A DNA stretch of 34,559 nucleotides from Trichomonas gallinae. Taxonomy: Eukaryota. The DNA is taken from the NCBI GenBank assembly GCA_008369845.1, contig MRSU01005907.1, forward strand, positions 1-34,559, given 5' to 3'. The notes beneath the pieces were generated by a model. It saw nothing but the letters and a program-made list of their open reading frames with translations, searched no databases and was not told where the DNA came from. Made by a program: the position numbers and the translations under genes. Positions 10,008 to 20,944 of the stretch are shown in pieces (positions within the stretch are counted from its first letter, which is position 1; every line of letters begins with the position of its first letter).

Positions 10008-13000
10008 ATGTCTTTGCCGCCAAATCATGGAGCATACAACGGCGGTGAGGACAATCACACCACCATATCTTCTTCCGCCGTGAAATTCGGCATTGACTCG
10101 GCCGTGAGTGACCCCAATGACGCACAAGCGAAAGATAATCAGGAATTTCAACAGAGATTTCTGAAATTTCTGCAAAATCAGGAGCTAGATTCAGATGAAA
10201 TGGCGTCTGGGTTCGATAACGAGGAAGAAGACGAAGAACTCGACTTGTTTAAATTATCTACTTACAAAGCTGAATGCTTTTTCGATGACAGAGATGGAAA
10301 CGCAAGCTACACAACATACATGTCAAGCAAATCACAGAAAAACGAAACAAAACCGCTATATTTGAAAGCTATCGATTATAATGACGGCGTTTTCCGTCAA
10401 ACAGATTTATATTACAAGGATTTCAATGTCAACAGGCTTAAACATCGCCTTCTTTTGGATGATCCTGGAAAAGTCAGATTTTTCGATGAAGAAGGCGAGA
10501 TGAAAAATGATGCTCCGCTAATAAGGCAAACTCTGCCGTACTCAGAGTTCAAAAAGGATAGAAAATACGTTGAGAACTTGCTTCTTGTCGATTTCACTCC
10601 AGGATCGATGATTCCAATTTCCGCGACATTAGTTTCTAGATTCATCAGAATCGAAGTCTTTTCAATAGAATATGCTGTGCATCCTTTATCTTCGAAAGCA
10701 ACAATCTTAACGAATCAAATTATTCAATTATACAAATCTATCGAACATGAGACAGAATTATCACGCATACAGAACTACAAATCACGCATAGACCTAATCC
10801 GCGCTCAATTGAAGCTCATAACTGGTGAAAAACGTAAAAATTTACTTCAAGATGTTGTAAAACTACAAGAATTACGCGATTTCGAAGAGCACAGAGTGCG
10901 AGAGATCCGAGACATGCTGCTTAACGCTTGGCACTCACTCAAAGAAATACAAGAAAACAGTTTTATCACAGCTCCGTTCGTTTTAAAGTGGACATCGCGC
11001 AAACGCAACGAGTCTGAGCGACAGTTCGAAGTTGCGCTGCTGGAAACAGACATTGCGATAAGATCAAACGAAATCGCAGAGTTAGAAGAATTTAATACAG
11101 GAAATAAGCCAAACACAGACGAAATCGTCGAGAAACTCAAAGCGCAGAGGGCAAAACTGGGCCTTAGACAGCCAGGAGAAACAACTTGGGAACCAGTTTT
11201 GAAAATGATTCAAATTCCAGAAGATCAAAAGCTCACAGCGGAAGAACACAACAGACAGACACTCATTAGTCAGACTTCTATGTGTTTGTATGCAAAAATC
11301 TCAGATAAAACCGCAATTTCAAATAAATTTGGAATGAATCCAAGTCTTTTCGCAGACGCGAATTTCGGCATCAGGTTCTTATGTACACGTGTTCCGAAGG
11401 CTGTTCCAGTAGAAATCTGGCAAGACGGACCATCAGGAAAAATCTTGATTGCGACAGTTAACGTTCCAGTTGTCAATGGCGTCCCATACCAGCCTCAGCG
11501 CATCCAGTTCACGAGTTCACAGCCAATAAGCGGCTGCCTGGTCCAAGGAGTCATGGTTGCACAAGGATTCATTGAACCAGATTTCGACGGCGAGCAAACA
11601 GTCATAAACGAGATGTCCAAGAAGAAGATAATAATGAAGGACCTCAAGTCCAACCCTTCTTCGTTCATAAGTGTCCCGAAATTCGTCGAAACAACGAAAA
11701 ACAGCGACCCGAATGACCCGAAACTTCAAGAGATCTTAAACGAGGCCAACGTCGACTTAGACCCACAAATCATCACGAACCAGTTCGTACTAGACAAGAA
11801 TATTATATCCACGCAGTTCTCTTCGATGGCCCCGATGATGGTCCACAGCGAGCTCCCGAACAAAGTCTTCAGGAAACAGGAAGAAAACAACAAAGACAAA
11901 CGCGAGACAAAACTCGAAGACGTCATCGTTGAAGACGAAACAAGCGACTACTCGATAAAAGGACTTCTCAAGAACATATACAACTTCTTGTTTGTGAAAA
12001 GGAGGCCTCTGCAGGCGACGCCAATCGGTTTTAAGTCGACAGAATTTGTCAGACACGGTTCTATCGTTTTGACAAGATTGCAGTCAGCAGCGAATGTTCC
12101 TGGTAGATCAGACTTGACTGTCAAGAACTATGAGCCGCTCGAAAACAAACCAAGAGTCTTCGCGAGAGTTTTATTCGAAGGAGAAAGTGAAGTGACAGAT
12201 CCAGTAGATATGACAGAGAACGCATGGAATGATTCGGTGACATTTGACTTGTGCGAGCTCTTCGGACTTAAAACAGACCTCAAGTCCATCGCATCCAAGG
12301 CAATAAGAGTTGATTTATTCGACCACGTGACATTGAAACGCAAAGAGTTTGACCCCGAAATTCCAGAAAAAATCACGGAAAATCATTTTCTTGCTACATT
12401 AGAAATTCCTGTTCGCGCTTTGCTGTTTAATGGCGGCATCGACGATATACTTCCAATGGTCAGTCATCCACTGCAGTTTGGCTACGAGGCACTCACGAAA
12501 CCAGTCTTAATCAATTTAAGTCTTCAGTCCATTCCACCACTTTCATTCAAAATCGACAGATCTCTTTATAAACTGACCGAAAGCGATTCATACAAATACA
12601 GATTTGAGACAATCCAGGAGCTGATCAAATCACCGCATCTCCGCCTTTGCGCCTTTTCAAGGTACACAGAAAAGAAAATGCAATTAATCAACAGACAAAT
12701 TTCTAAAATTAATCCACCGAAGAATTTTTCGTCGATTTCTTCTCTTTTGCGTTTCGTCGCTGCCATTCCTTATACAACTGCTTTCCCTGACGACTTGAAT
12801 CCTATCATCCGCCACCCTTCGATTGTCTTGGAGGAGATGAGCGGGTCAATAGAAGAACACGCAGTCATTCTTGCAGGTTTCCTCGAGAGCTGCGGTCATC
12901 AAGCGAAGGTTGTTTTGGGATACGACAAGATACAAGGACCTTCTGCTTTCGTTCTCACTGAAGACAAAGGCTCAAGAGTTCTTCTTGATGTTGTTTCGTG

Positions 13001-13646
13001 CAGAATCTACGATGTTATGGACAGAAAATGTACATTATTCAGAGTCGGAACGGTTTTCGACAAGACAAACGTTTGGTTCAACAAACAGAAGAATGGAGAC
13101 CCATCACAATTGAACTTCAACACAGATAACACAGAAATATGGGAGCCTTTCTTTACGAGAAACTTCCAGAATGAAAAACATTTGAGCGATGATGTTGTTT
13201 ACGATTATGCACCACAAGCGACAACAATCGGCTCTGAATTACAGAAGAAGATTGAAGAAGACGTTTCACTGGCAGTTGAGCTATTTAGGAGTCCGAAGAC
13301 AACTAAGTGGGCCAGTGAGATTTCGAGAAGTTTGAGGCCTCTGCTTAAAAAGTGCGAAGAAGCTGCTCTTTCATCGGAAAACACCAATTTCCAGCAGATA
13401 ATCAACGAAATAAATGAAAATTATCCAAGGCTAAGAATCGTCGGAGCTCCTTTCTTCGTTATGGCGAACAGCAGCAAAGAAAGCAGGACTAAAATGATTA
13501 ACGAAGTTAAATCAGAAATCAAGCTCAGAGAAGTTTTCTTCACTGATGATGAAAGTGTTGAATTCGCGTGCGCATCATCCGTCCTCCCATATCCACACGG
13601 AATATTCGCAGTATGGACGGTATTGGTATCAATCACTAAGCTTTAA
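10008..13646 (+). CDS. CC2D2A: CC2D2A/MKS6 ciliary transition-zone protein
   Basis: 1212 aa: coiled coil, C2-like regions (AANVPGR...PRVFARVLF...DLFD), CEP76/CC2D2A transglutaminase-like motif GSIEEHAVILAGFL..VVLG..GPSAFVLT..VGTVFD..NVWFNKQ, and C-terminal YPHGIFAVW. Confidence 0.85.
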   Translation: MSLPPNHGAYNGGEDNHTTISSSAVKFGIDSAVSDPNDAQAKDNQEFQQRFLKFLQNQELDSDEMASGFDNEEEDEELDLFKLSTYKAECFFDDRDGNASYTTYMSSKSQKNETKPLYLKAIDYNDGVFRQTDLYYKDFNVNRLKHRLLLDDPGKVRFFDEEGEMKNDAPLIRQTLPYSEFKKDRKYVENLLLVDFTPGSMIPISATLVSRFIRIEVFSIEYAVHPLSSKATILTNQIIQLYKSIEHETELSRIQNYKSRIDLIRAQLKLITGEKRKNLLQDVVKLQELRDFEEHRVREIRDMLLNAWHSLKEIQENSFITAPFVLKWTSRKRNESERQFEVALLETDIAIRSNEIAELEEFNTGNKPNTDEIVEKLKAQRAKLGLRQPGETTWEPVLKMIQIPEDQKLTAEEHNRQTLISQTSMCLYAKISDKTAISNKFGMNPSLFADANFGIRFLCTRVPKAVPVEIWQDGPSGKILIATVNVPVVNGVPYQPQRIQFTSSQPISGCLVQGVMVAQGFIEPDFDGEQTVINEMSKKKIIMKDLKSNPSSFISVPKFVETTKNSDPNDPKLQEILNEANVDLDPQIITNQFVLDKNIISTQFSSMAPMMVHSELPNKVFRKQEENNKDKRETKLEDVIVEDETSDYSIKGLLKNIYNFLFVKRRPLQATPIGFKSTEFVRHGSIVLTRLQSAANVPGRSDLTVKNYEPLENKPRVFARVLFEGESEVTDPVDMTENAWNDSVTFDLCELFGLKTDLKSIASKAIRVDLFDHVTLKRKEFDPEIPEKITENHFLATLEIPVRALLFNGGIDDILPMVSHPLQFGYEALTKPVLINLSLQSIPPLSFKIDRSLYKLTESDSYKYRFETIQELIKSPHLRLCAFSRYTEKKMQLINRQISKINPPKNFSSISSLLRFVAAIPYTTAFPDDLNPIIRHPSIVLEEMSGSIEEHAVILAGFLESCGHQAKVVLGYDKIQGPSAFVLTEDKGSRVLLDVVSCRIYDVMDRKCTLFRVGTVFDKTNVWFNKQKNGDPSQLNFNTDNTEIWEPFFTRNFQNEKHLSDDVVYDYAPQATTIGSELQKKIEEDVSLAVELFRSPKTTKWASEISRSLRPLLKKCEEAALSSENTNFQQIINEINENYPRLRIVGAPFFVMANSSKESRTKMINEVKSEIKLREVFFTDDESVEFACASSVLPYPHGIFAVWTVLVSITKL

Positions 13647-13847
13647 TTTTTATTTTTATAGATTTGTTTTATTATTTTGTTTTGTAAATTTATTTGTTAT
13701 TTTATTGCATTTTTTTTTATGGATTACATTGGCAATTCCAAGTCTTACAACTTATATTGCTTGGACAAATCCAGTTTTTGACAATTGTCAGATTATCAAA
13801 ACATCAAATTCAGGTCTGATATAAATTAAAAGGATCAACAAAATATA

Positions 13848-13882
13848 TTGTTTATATGTTAACATACGTTGTTTATATGTTA
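13848..13882 (+). repeat. 14-bp direct repeat TTGTTTATATGTTA x2
   Basis: Copies at 13848-13861 and 13869-13882. Confidence 0.6.
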
Positions 13883-14726
13883 TTTATTGATAATACGATG
13901 ACCGAACACTCATTGAAATAAGGTAATCGTAGTAATAAGATTCGAATATATTAGTAACGTTATATGAATTCGAACTAAAATGAATTCGACGAGTTTTTAT
14001 TGAATTTATGGATAAATCCTAAATTGGAGTTCGAAGAAACACTGCTCAGAACACCTTTAATTAAAATGTAAAAATAAAACATGATGAGTGAGGTTAATAA
14101 AATAAAAAAATTCAAAATCATTTCTAATTCTCCGTTTTTATTTAGGTTGGTATGCATATCCGAATGCATTATATATGCTTTAGTTCATTTGGCCTGAATC
14201 AAAGAAAAACCATTATTTGAATTTAAAAATAGAAAATAATTTATCAATAATATATGATATTCATCAATAATATAACAATATCTAAATAGAATCTGATGCA
14301 ATTAATGAAAGTTGATAATTTTGTATTCTTTGAATATTCCAAATAAATATGCAAATCAATCAATATCATTAAATGGCACATGCACATCTAAATTGCAAAC
14401 ACTTATGTGAATTGCCTCATATGCATGAAATTGTCCAAATATCATTAATTAAACTAAAAAATTCTATAGTTTTTTGTAAACTACTGAAAAAAGCGCATAT
14501 TTTGTAAACATTTCAACTATAGAAATTAGACATTCGACTGTATAGTTTGGGAGCACAAAATTATCTCAACATTGAAAAAAATCGGAATTTTTCTGACAAA
14601 TTCCCCGTAACAAGATAAATAACAATAATTATCAGGAATTTTGTTATCCAATGATTTTCTGACGGAATCCATTCTATGTGTTTATGGAATGAAAGTAATT
14701 CGTAAACAATTTGAGTGAGTAAAAAG

Positions 14727-14737
14727 TCATTTCATTA
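14727..14737 (+). promoter_or_regulatory. Tandem Inr elements
   Basis: Overlapping TCATTT and TCATTA just upstream of the Myb ATG. Confidence 0.6.
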
Positions 14738-14748
14738 TTTATTTTTCG

Positions 14749-15228
14749 ATGACTGTATATAACAGGTTCAGTCCCGTAGATGATGCGCGCCTCAGGGAGC
14801 TTGTTGAGAAGTATGGCGAGAACAACTGGAGGATCATCTCGTCAAAAATGTGCGGAAGAACATACAGACAAGTCAAGGATAGATGGTTGAGATATTTATC
14901 TCCTGAAGTAAATCTCAGCCCATGGACTGAAGCAGATGATGAGCTGCTATCGAAATTAATACCTACTTTGAGTCCACACTGGAAGGAAATTGCATCACAT
15001 TTTCCAGGAAGAACAGATATTCAGATAAAGACGAGATCAAGGGTCCTTACAAATCGCTCCAAAAAACAACATTTAAAAATTGTTGAAGAAAAAAATAATT
15101 TCATACAACCTGTTGAATCTCAACCGAAGCAAGTTGTTGTAGATCAAACAATCCATAATGATGATTTCTCATTTGATGAATTCGTATTCGATTTAGAAGA
15201 ATTCGAATTCACAAATGTAATGTTTTAA
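14749..15228 (+). CDS. R2R3 Myb DNA-binding protein
   Basis: Two Myb repeats (FSPVDDARLRELVEKYGENNWRII...RQVKDRWLRYL; PWTEADDELL...WKEIASHFPGRTDIQIK) and an acidic/aromatic tail. Confidence 0.92.
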   Translation: MTVYNRFSPVDDARLRELVEKYGENNWRIISSKMCGRTYRQVKDRWLRYLSPEVNLSPWTEADDELLSKLIPTLSPHWKEIASHFPGRTDIQIKTRSRVLTNRSKKQHLKIVEEKNNFIQPVESQPKQVVVDQTIHNDDFSFDEFVFDLEEFEFTNVMF

Positions 15229-15560
15229 TCTTTTGATTGTTATTATTTATTTAAATACATGTATTTGGTAAAATAATCTTTACTTTTTTGATATTTTCAT
15301 GTCTGTATTGATAGAAATAAGTCAATACTATCGTCAAAACAACATTCCATTTAGAAATATTTCTATGAACTCAAAGAAAATTTAAGGGATATCCATGTAT
15401 TCAACATAATATGAGCACGTTATTTATACAAACAAAATATAATTAAAATTGGTATGCTATTGGTTGATGAGTTATGTATATATGGGGTATATTAAGAGTT
15501 TCAGGATATGTTGCGACTTTATGTGGAAATTTTATAATAATCGTTCACTTCATTTTTTTT

Positions 15561-15896
15561 ATGATACTTCATCGGTTTGTGTTGGTTGTTAAAACGGAAG
15601 AAAACAAAATAATTTGCAAATATACAGTCCAAGAAAGTAAAAAATCACAACCAATCGAATCTATTGTTGAATCTACAAAAAAAGAAAATCAATCTGATGA
15701 TGATTTCGTTATAGATGGCTTGAAAATAGGAGAAAATCTCTCTATTTGGGTAAATTCGAAAGGAAATGTGACAATTCAAGGTGATATTGAATCAAAAGAA
15801 ATAACTTTTGATATAGAGAAAAATTTAACATTTCTCGGCAATATTGTTTGTCAGATTCCTCGTTTCAATGTTGGTGGTGAGTTTGTTTGTCAATAA
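15561..15896 (+). CDS. Hypothetical protein, about 111 aa
   Basis: ATG 15561 follows a double Inr (TCACTTCATTT, 15545-15555), so it is preferred over 15474; the stop overlaps TAAA. Confidence 0.6.
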   Translation: MILHRFVLVVKTEENKIICKYTVQESKKSQPIESIVESTKKENQSDDDFVIDGLKIGENLSIWVNSKGNVTIQGDIESKEITFDIEKNLTFLGNIVCQIPRFNVGGEFVCQ

Positions 15897-16816
15897 ATAT
15901 TTTTTGTTTTTTTATTTACATTTGTGATTAATTTAACCATCAAAAATATATTTAATAAATGTTTTATATATCATTTTGAGCATATAAATTCGTCAATAAT
16001 GAAATAATATATAATTTGGGAAAATTATCTTGTCTAAAGCCTAGAACGCACCATTACCAAGGTGTAGTATTGATGGAAGATTAGGGACATATTATAAAAT
16101 GTGTGTATTTGCGTTAGATAAAATTTTGTAATAATAAAAAGGATTCAGTTGAAAACATCAATGCAGATATGTTATCAACCATAAGTCTATGCATTGATTG
16201 AGTTTAAGCTAGATTTTACCATAAAATATATTTTGCAATTTTGACTATCATTTATTTGTTATATTATTCACGGCCATAGTGAATATTATCGCCTGTAATT
16301 GATGGAGCTTCTTTGATATGTCCTTAATACTAATTTTGAAGCCGATGAAAAAATCAATTGCAAATCTACAATAATAACCATTAAATTATATTCAGTAATT
16401 ATCTAGTTGCACGGTTTCACCAGGAATTCATCCTCAAACCAAACTTGATAATCAGTGTCGAAAATAATATTTATTTTTTTTATCAGATTATTTCGCTTCA
16501 TCAAATCTAAAGATAGCAAAAAAATTAATGCTCAATTTTTTGCTTGCCAAATTGAGAGCAAAAATTCTTAGTGAAATTTGAAACATATTAGGTACATATA
16601 GAGTATCGTGATTAAACAATTTTTGGTAATTTTTCAAATTATTGCCGATAATTTTCCCCTCAATTCACAAATGCCTCAGAAAAAAGAACTTACGCTCGTA
16701 GATGTAAAATTCGATAAATAGCATTATTAGCCCGAAATTTACATCAATTTTTGATTCACGTAAACATCAGAAAATAAAAGGTCCATTCAATTTTTGTTTA
16801 ATATTTAAAACATAAA

Positions 16817-17305
16817 GTGATAATAGAGAAAGACGATAATAGACAGATAATCATAGATCCCTTCCAGATCTTTTGCATGCAGGCAAGGGAGTACCTTGTG
16901 AAGGGATATCCGCATCTTAACAGTTCAAACATTACAAGCATATTAGCAAATCAGTGGAGGTCTATGGACCAGAAGGAAAAGGATTACTATATAAATATTG
17001 CTCAAAGCCTGAAGAAAACAGGTAATGGCGGACCAAAACAAATAAAAGACCCGGTTTTCGAAAATTCAATACAAAAAGCGAAACAGCAGCTGCCAATGAT
17101 CTTCCCCAAAGAATTCTCACGACGATCCATATCAATAGACTCAGAGTCGTCACCAGATGCTGGAGATCAGGGCAGTTCTAGCGATACTGAAACAGAATTG
17201 ACAATTCCTAAAATATTCGTCGTAAGTCGTACCGGATTCGGTAAATCAATCGAAGAAGCAAGCAAATTCCTACTACAAATGACAGATTCGAAAGAAAAAG
17301 ATTAA
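16817..17305 (+). CDS. HMG-box DNA-binding protein; probable non-ATG start
   Basis: DPFQIFCMQAREYLVKGYPHLNSSNITSILANQWRSMDQKEKDYYINIA fits the HMG-box consensus. The first ATG (16877) lies inside helix 1; GTG at 16817 follows AAA; in-frame stop at 16799. Confidence 0.85.
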   Translation: MIIEKDDNRQIIIDPFQIFCMQAREYLVKGYPHLNSSNITSILANQWRSMDQKEKDYYINIAQSLKKTGNGGPKQIKDPVFENSIQKAKQQLPMIFPKEFSRRSISIDSESSPDAGDQGSSSDTETELTIPKIFVVSRTGFGKSIEEASKFLLQMTDSKEKD

Positions 17306-18874
17306 ATTCTAATTGCTTGCTTAAAATTTTCAACAGTCAACCTCTCAACCATCGGAAAAACTAATTACCTAACATACTACTTGGTTTACTCTCGAAACAA
17401 ATGTATTTTTCATAATGTGTCCATCCAAATTCATTTACAAACTCTTCAAGATTTTTTAGACAATTACTATTAGTTCTTCTAGTGCTGGCATTGGAAGGAT
17501 TAAGTTTTAAACCTGATACAACTCGAGAAAATATACATTTGACACGAGATCTTTACATGTCATATTATATTGCGTTCATTATTCATGTTTTGTTTTTGTT
17601 ATTTAATAAATTGTTTTTATAGAATAGATCCTAAATCTCGATTTTTGTTCGTTTTATATTTTTTGAAAATCAAAAATTTCAACGTTTTGATCCATCTTAT
17701 CCTAGGATATATCTTATCTCTAGATAGATATTTAAATTAAGATACAATTAGCTTCATATTTTCAAAGTCGGAGTTTGTCCATATCTCTTAGAACTCAAGA
17801 ACTTCAAAATGACAATATGAACCGCACATTTTGTCTTTATACATCCTTATATATCATACAATTCGTTTTAAAGCTCCAATTTGGCTAAATTTCAAGAAAT
17901 GTTGATCAAAAGTTGATAGTGAGATTTTCGATGCATTTCTGCGTTGCCAAACCATACATTCTTAAATCTCAGTCTTTTAACAATCAACTATCGAAATAAA
18001 ATAATCAATAATCAATTTTTATGCTTAATACATACAACCTCATTGGATAATGTTAACTAACAGCTCAGTGACATTTCATTTCTCATCTCTTGATAATCAT
18101 GCAACTTTTAGAGAATTTGGAGACGGTTCCAATAACTATCTCTGCGTTTTCTTAACCAAATATCTGGTATTAGAGCGAAATCAAAGCTAATTATTGAGCT
18201 GAAAATTCATTTTGACCAGGAAACTTGAAACGATGACTATATTGGTAGTAAGAGTTGGTCTTTGTTCGCATAGTACTAAAATCACTGAGGGTCATATAAT
18301 GCAACCATATGGTTATTAACCTATATTTTTATATTCATTTTGTAGATATGGAAAAACGAATTCGAGATTAACCCAAACAGATGATAATACTCAGAGGAAT
18401 CTGATTCCACTCGATTAGAGCTCATGAGTATTTATCTATGAGCGATATATTTTGTAAATTAAGTAAATTTTGTATTCAATTATCTTTATGAGCAATTATA
18501 TCATGAAACTCATTGTTTTTCGAGATGTGTAGAAAGATATTAATAGAATGCATGTATGAAATTGGTTAATTTTTTTGGATAAATTTTCGTTGAATGTATT
18601 TCATATAAAATTTTCGCGGCATATGATTATATTACAGCATTGCTCTTGATATATGAACTAATTTTGTACAAAATCACGTTTTTACACTGATTTCGTAAAA
18701 AATTTTGGAAAATTTTCATAAAAATCTTGATTTTCTCGATACTTTTTTAATATTTTCTATATCTTTTTAATAGAATATAAAATATTTTGAAGATAGACTA
18801 TGTTTATTTAGTTAGTTTGTAGTGAAATAAAGTCATATTAACAGTCCTGGAATTCTTGACACTTTTCTACAAAA

Positions 18875-20131
18875 ATAAATTCAATAACACAGAACAACCA
18901 GACTCTTTCAGCAGACTTAATCAAACTTACAAAAGCTGTCGTTAAAAATAACGTATATGATGTATCACAGTGTATTATCAAACTAAAAGAAGATTTTAAG
19001 CAAACAATATTTACAATTCCGATTATTGACTCTCCAGATGCTGCCACTCACAAACAAACATCATTGTTACTGTCAGTGACAGGTTTAAGCCTAATGCATA
19101 TTGCTGCTTTTGAAGATTCTCTCGAAACTTTCATGTTTTTGGAACAACATATCCCTATTGACATAAAAAGCGCGGACTCTTATCTTCCTATACATTACGC
19201 TTGCCTTAATGGATCAGTTGAATGCCTTACCTATATATTAGATAAAGATCCTGTTCAAGCAACAACAATCTACAAAACAGAATGGCAATGCTTACAGTTA
19301 GCTACAGCTGCCAACTCTCCCGAAGTTCTGCAGATTTTGTTCGACTACAAAGCTGATCTTAAAGCAGTGATGAATGGACCTAATGATCCAATCGGACGAT
19401 CAATCAAACAAAAGAACGTCGAGTGCCTTAAACTGTTACTAAAACATTGTCCGATGTCGTTGAGAAATACACAAAATATGACTTTAATCATGCTTGCGTT
19501 GATAAATAACAAGCCAGATGCCATTCCTCTACTTATAGATGCTGGTGTTGACTTGTCTTTTATCTCTGCTGACAATCAAACAGCACTTTCTCTCGCGTGT
19601 TTTCAAGGTCAAACTGAAATTGTTAGATTAATTTGTCAAAAACTCGATAACATCGATTTACCACCAACAATTAAATCAAAAGCAGCCGTACATTGGCTTT
19701 GTGAGTCGAAGAGTCCAGAAATTGCAAGAATTATTCTCGAAAAAGATATTGATGTAAATCGCGTCGATAAAGATGGTCATTTAGGCCCGTTCTACTTATT
19801 GGATGTTGCAGAATCAGATGTTCTTATCGAAATACTTGAATTACTCGTTAATGCGGGACTCAAAATCGACAGCGTTGCAAATCCAACGATGAACACACTT
19901 TTAGGCGATTATGTAACAGGTATCAAGAAGCAATACGAAGTTATTGATTGGCTTCTCAGTCAAGGTGCAAATATCGATGCTCCATTGAAAGGAATTTCAA
20001 ACGAACAAACAATTGCAGATTTTATCTTAGATTTGATATCGAAGGACATGAAGGAATCATCTCTTGGCCTTATGAAGATCGCTCAGAAATGGATTCCAGA
20101 TAGATTAAGCAAACTATCCCTCCAGAATTAA
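18875..20131 (+). CDS. Ankyrin repeat protein; start uncertain (probable non-ATG)
   Basis: Multiple ankyrin repeats (LPIHYACLNG, TALSLACFQG, AAVHWLCES). The frame is open from 18860; the first ATG (19094) is inside a repeat; start placed tentatively at AAA-ATA 18875. Confidence 0.85.
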   Translation: MNSITQNNQTLSADLIKLTKAVVKNNVYDVSQCIIKLKEDFKQTIFTIPIIDSPDAATHKQTSLLLSVTGLSLMHIAAFEDSLETFMFLEQHIPIDIKSADSYLPIHYACLNGSVECLTYILDKDPVQATTIYKTEWQCLQLATAANSPEVLQILFDYKADLKAVMNGPNDPIGRSIKQKNVECLKLLLKHCPMSLRNTQNMTLIMLALINNKPDAIPLLIDAGVDLSFISADNQTALSLACFQGQTEIVRLICQKLDNIDLPPTIKSKAAVHWLCESKSPEIARIILEKDIDVNRVDKDGHLGPFYLLDVAESDVLIEILELLVNAGLKIDSVANPTMNTLLGDYVTGIKKQYEVIDWLLSQGANIDAPLKGISNEQTIADFILDLISKDMKESSLGLMKIAQKWIPDRLSKLSLQN

Positions 20132-20432
20132 TATGTAATATATGTATTGTATTTTTATTAAATAAATATTATATTAAATCTCTCACAATATTTTCAAAAT
20201 TTATAAATTTAATTAAAGTGACTAATTTGCCGATATAGTTGTAAACCACATGCTATAGATACAAAATTTTGAAGCACAACGCGATTTAATTGGATATTAT
20301 TTCATTTTTATAGCTGGCCAGTGGTATAAAAGGAAATAAGTAATATGTATCAATAGTAATCAGTCATACGTGAGATTCTACATATATGATTTATGATTAG
20401 TACAAAAAAATTCGAAAATCAAGATAAAATTG

Positions 20433-20897
20433 TTATGATGTGGCTTCATTGATCTTCTGTAGTGCGTATTGAAGACCAGCCATCGCTGCGGACCATAAAG
20501 CACCATTAACAGCGCCATTGTACATAGCTTTAGATCCATTCGGAATTTCAACAATTCCACCTGCAATTGCTGATGAAACGATTGGATCATAAATCTTCCT
20601 TTCGCCTCTGTAAAGTGCAATTGAAGTTCCAATTGCATCTGATAAAGCAACTTGTGTTGCGAGTTTTGTGCCGAAATTAAGGGAAGTATAAATGTTGTCA
20701 ACCCAATTGATCGGTTTCTTATCCCTCCAGTCATTTAACGTGAAAATTACCGTATATAATCCTGCGATTTCGACAGTGTTCGTTAAAAATGCTGTTCCAC
20801 TCTTCTTGGCAACAACTTTAATCATATCTTTTGTTGTTGGGTTTGGTCCGAGGCCGAGTTCCTGATAAATCGGACATTCTTCTGTTGTCTGAATCAT
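20433..20897 (-). CDS. Tim17/Tim22/Tim23-family membrane protein (likely hydrogenosomal)
   Basis: 154 aa with small-residue TM helices and the family-like segment YRGERKIYDPIVSSAIAGGIV..NGSKAMYNGAVNG. Confidence 0.7.
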   Translation of the reverse strand: MIQTTEECPIYQELGLGPNPTTKDMIKVVAKKSGTAFLTNTVEIAGLYTVIFTLNDWRDKKPINWVDNIYTSLNFGTKLATQVALSDAIGTSIALYRGERKIYDPIVSSAIAGGIVEIPNGSKAMYNGAVNGALWSAAMAGLQYALQKINEATS

Positions 20898-20907
20898 TTT
20901 TGATTTT

Positions 20908-20912
20908 AAAGG
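20908..20912 (-). promoter_or_regulatory. M5 (CCTTT) alternative initiator motif
   Basis: Minus strand reads CCCTTTAAAATCAAAAATG; CCTTT ends 10 nt before the Tim17-family ATG. Confidence 0.5.
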
Positions 20913-20944
20913 GTCTTAAAAAATAATTTAGGGGAGATCATCAA

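Noticed and set aside
12840..12900. Transglutaminase-like motif lacking the catalytic Cys
   Set aside because: Normal for the CC2D2A family.
10412..13636. Many short antisense ORFs within CC2D2A
   Set aside because: Shadow ORFs of a long coding sequence; no independent motifs.
17690..18450. TATC/GATA palindromes and a slightly GC-richer stretch as a possible remnant or ncRNA
   Set aside because: No sustained ORF, recognisable protein motif or RNA structure could be supported.
18836..18892. TTAACAG and ATAACACAG as intron acceptors rescuing the ankyrin start
   Set aside because: No CTAAC branch core, wrong spacing, and no convincing donor or ATG exon found; not fully excluded without cDNA.
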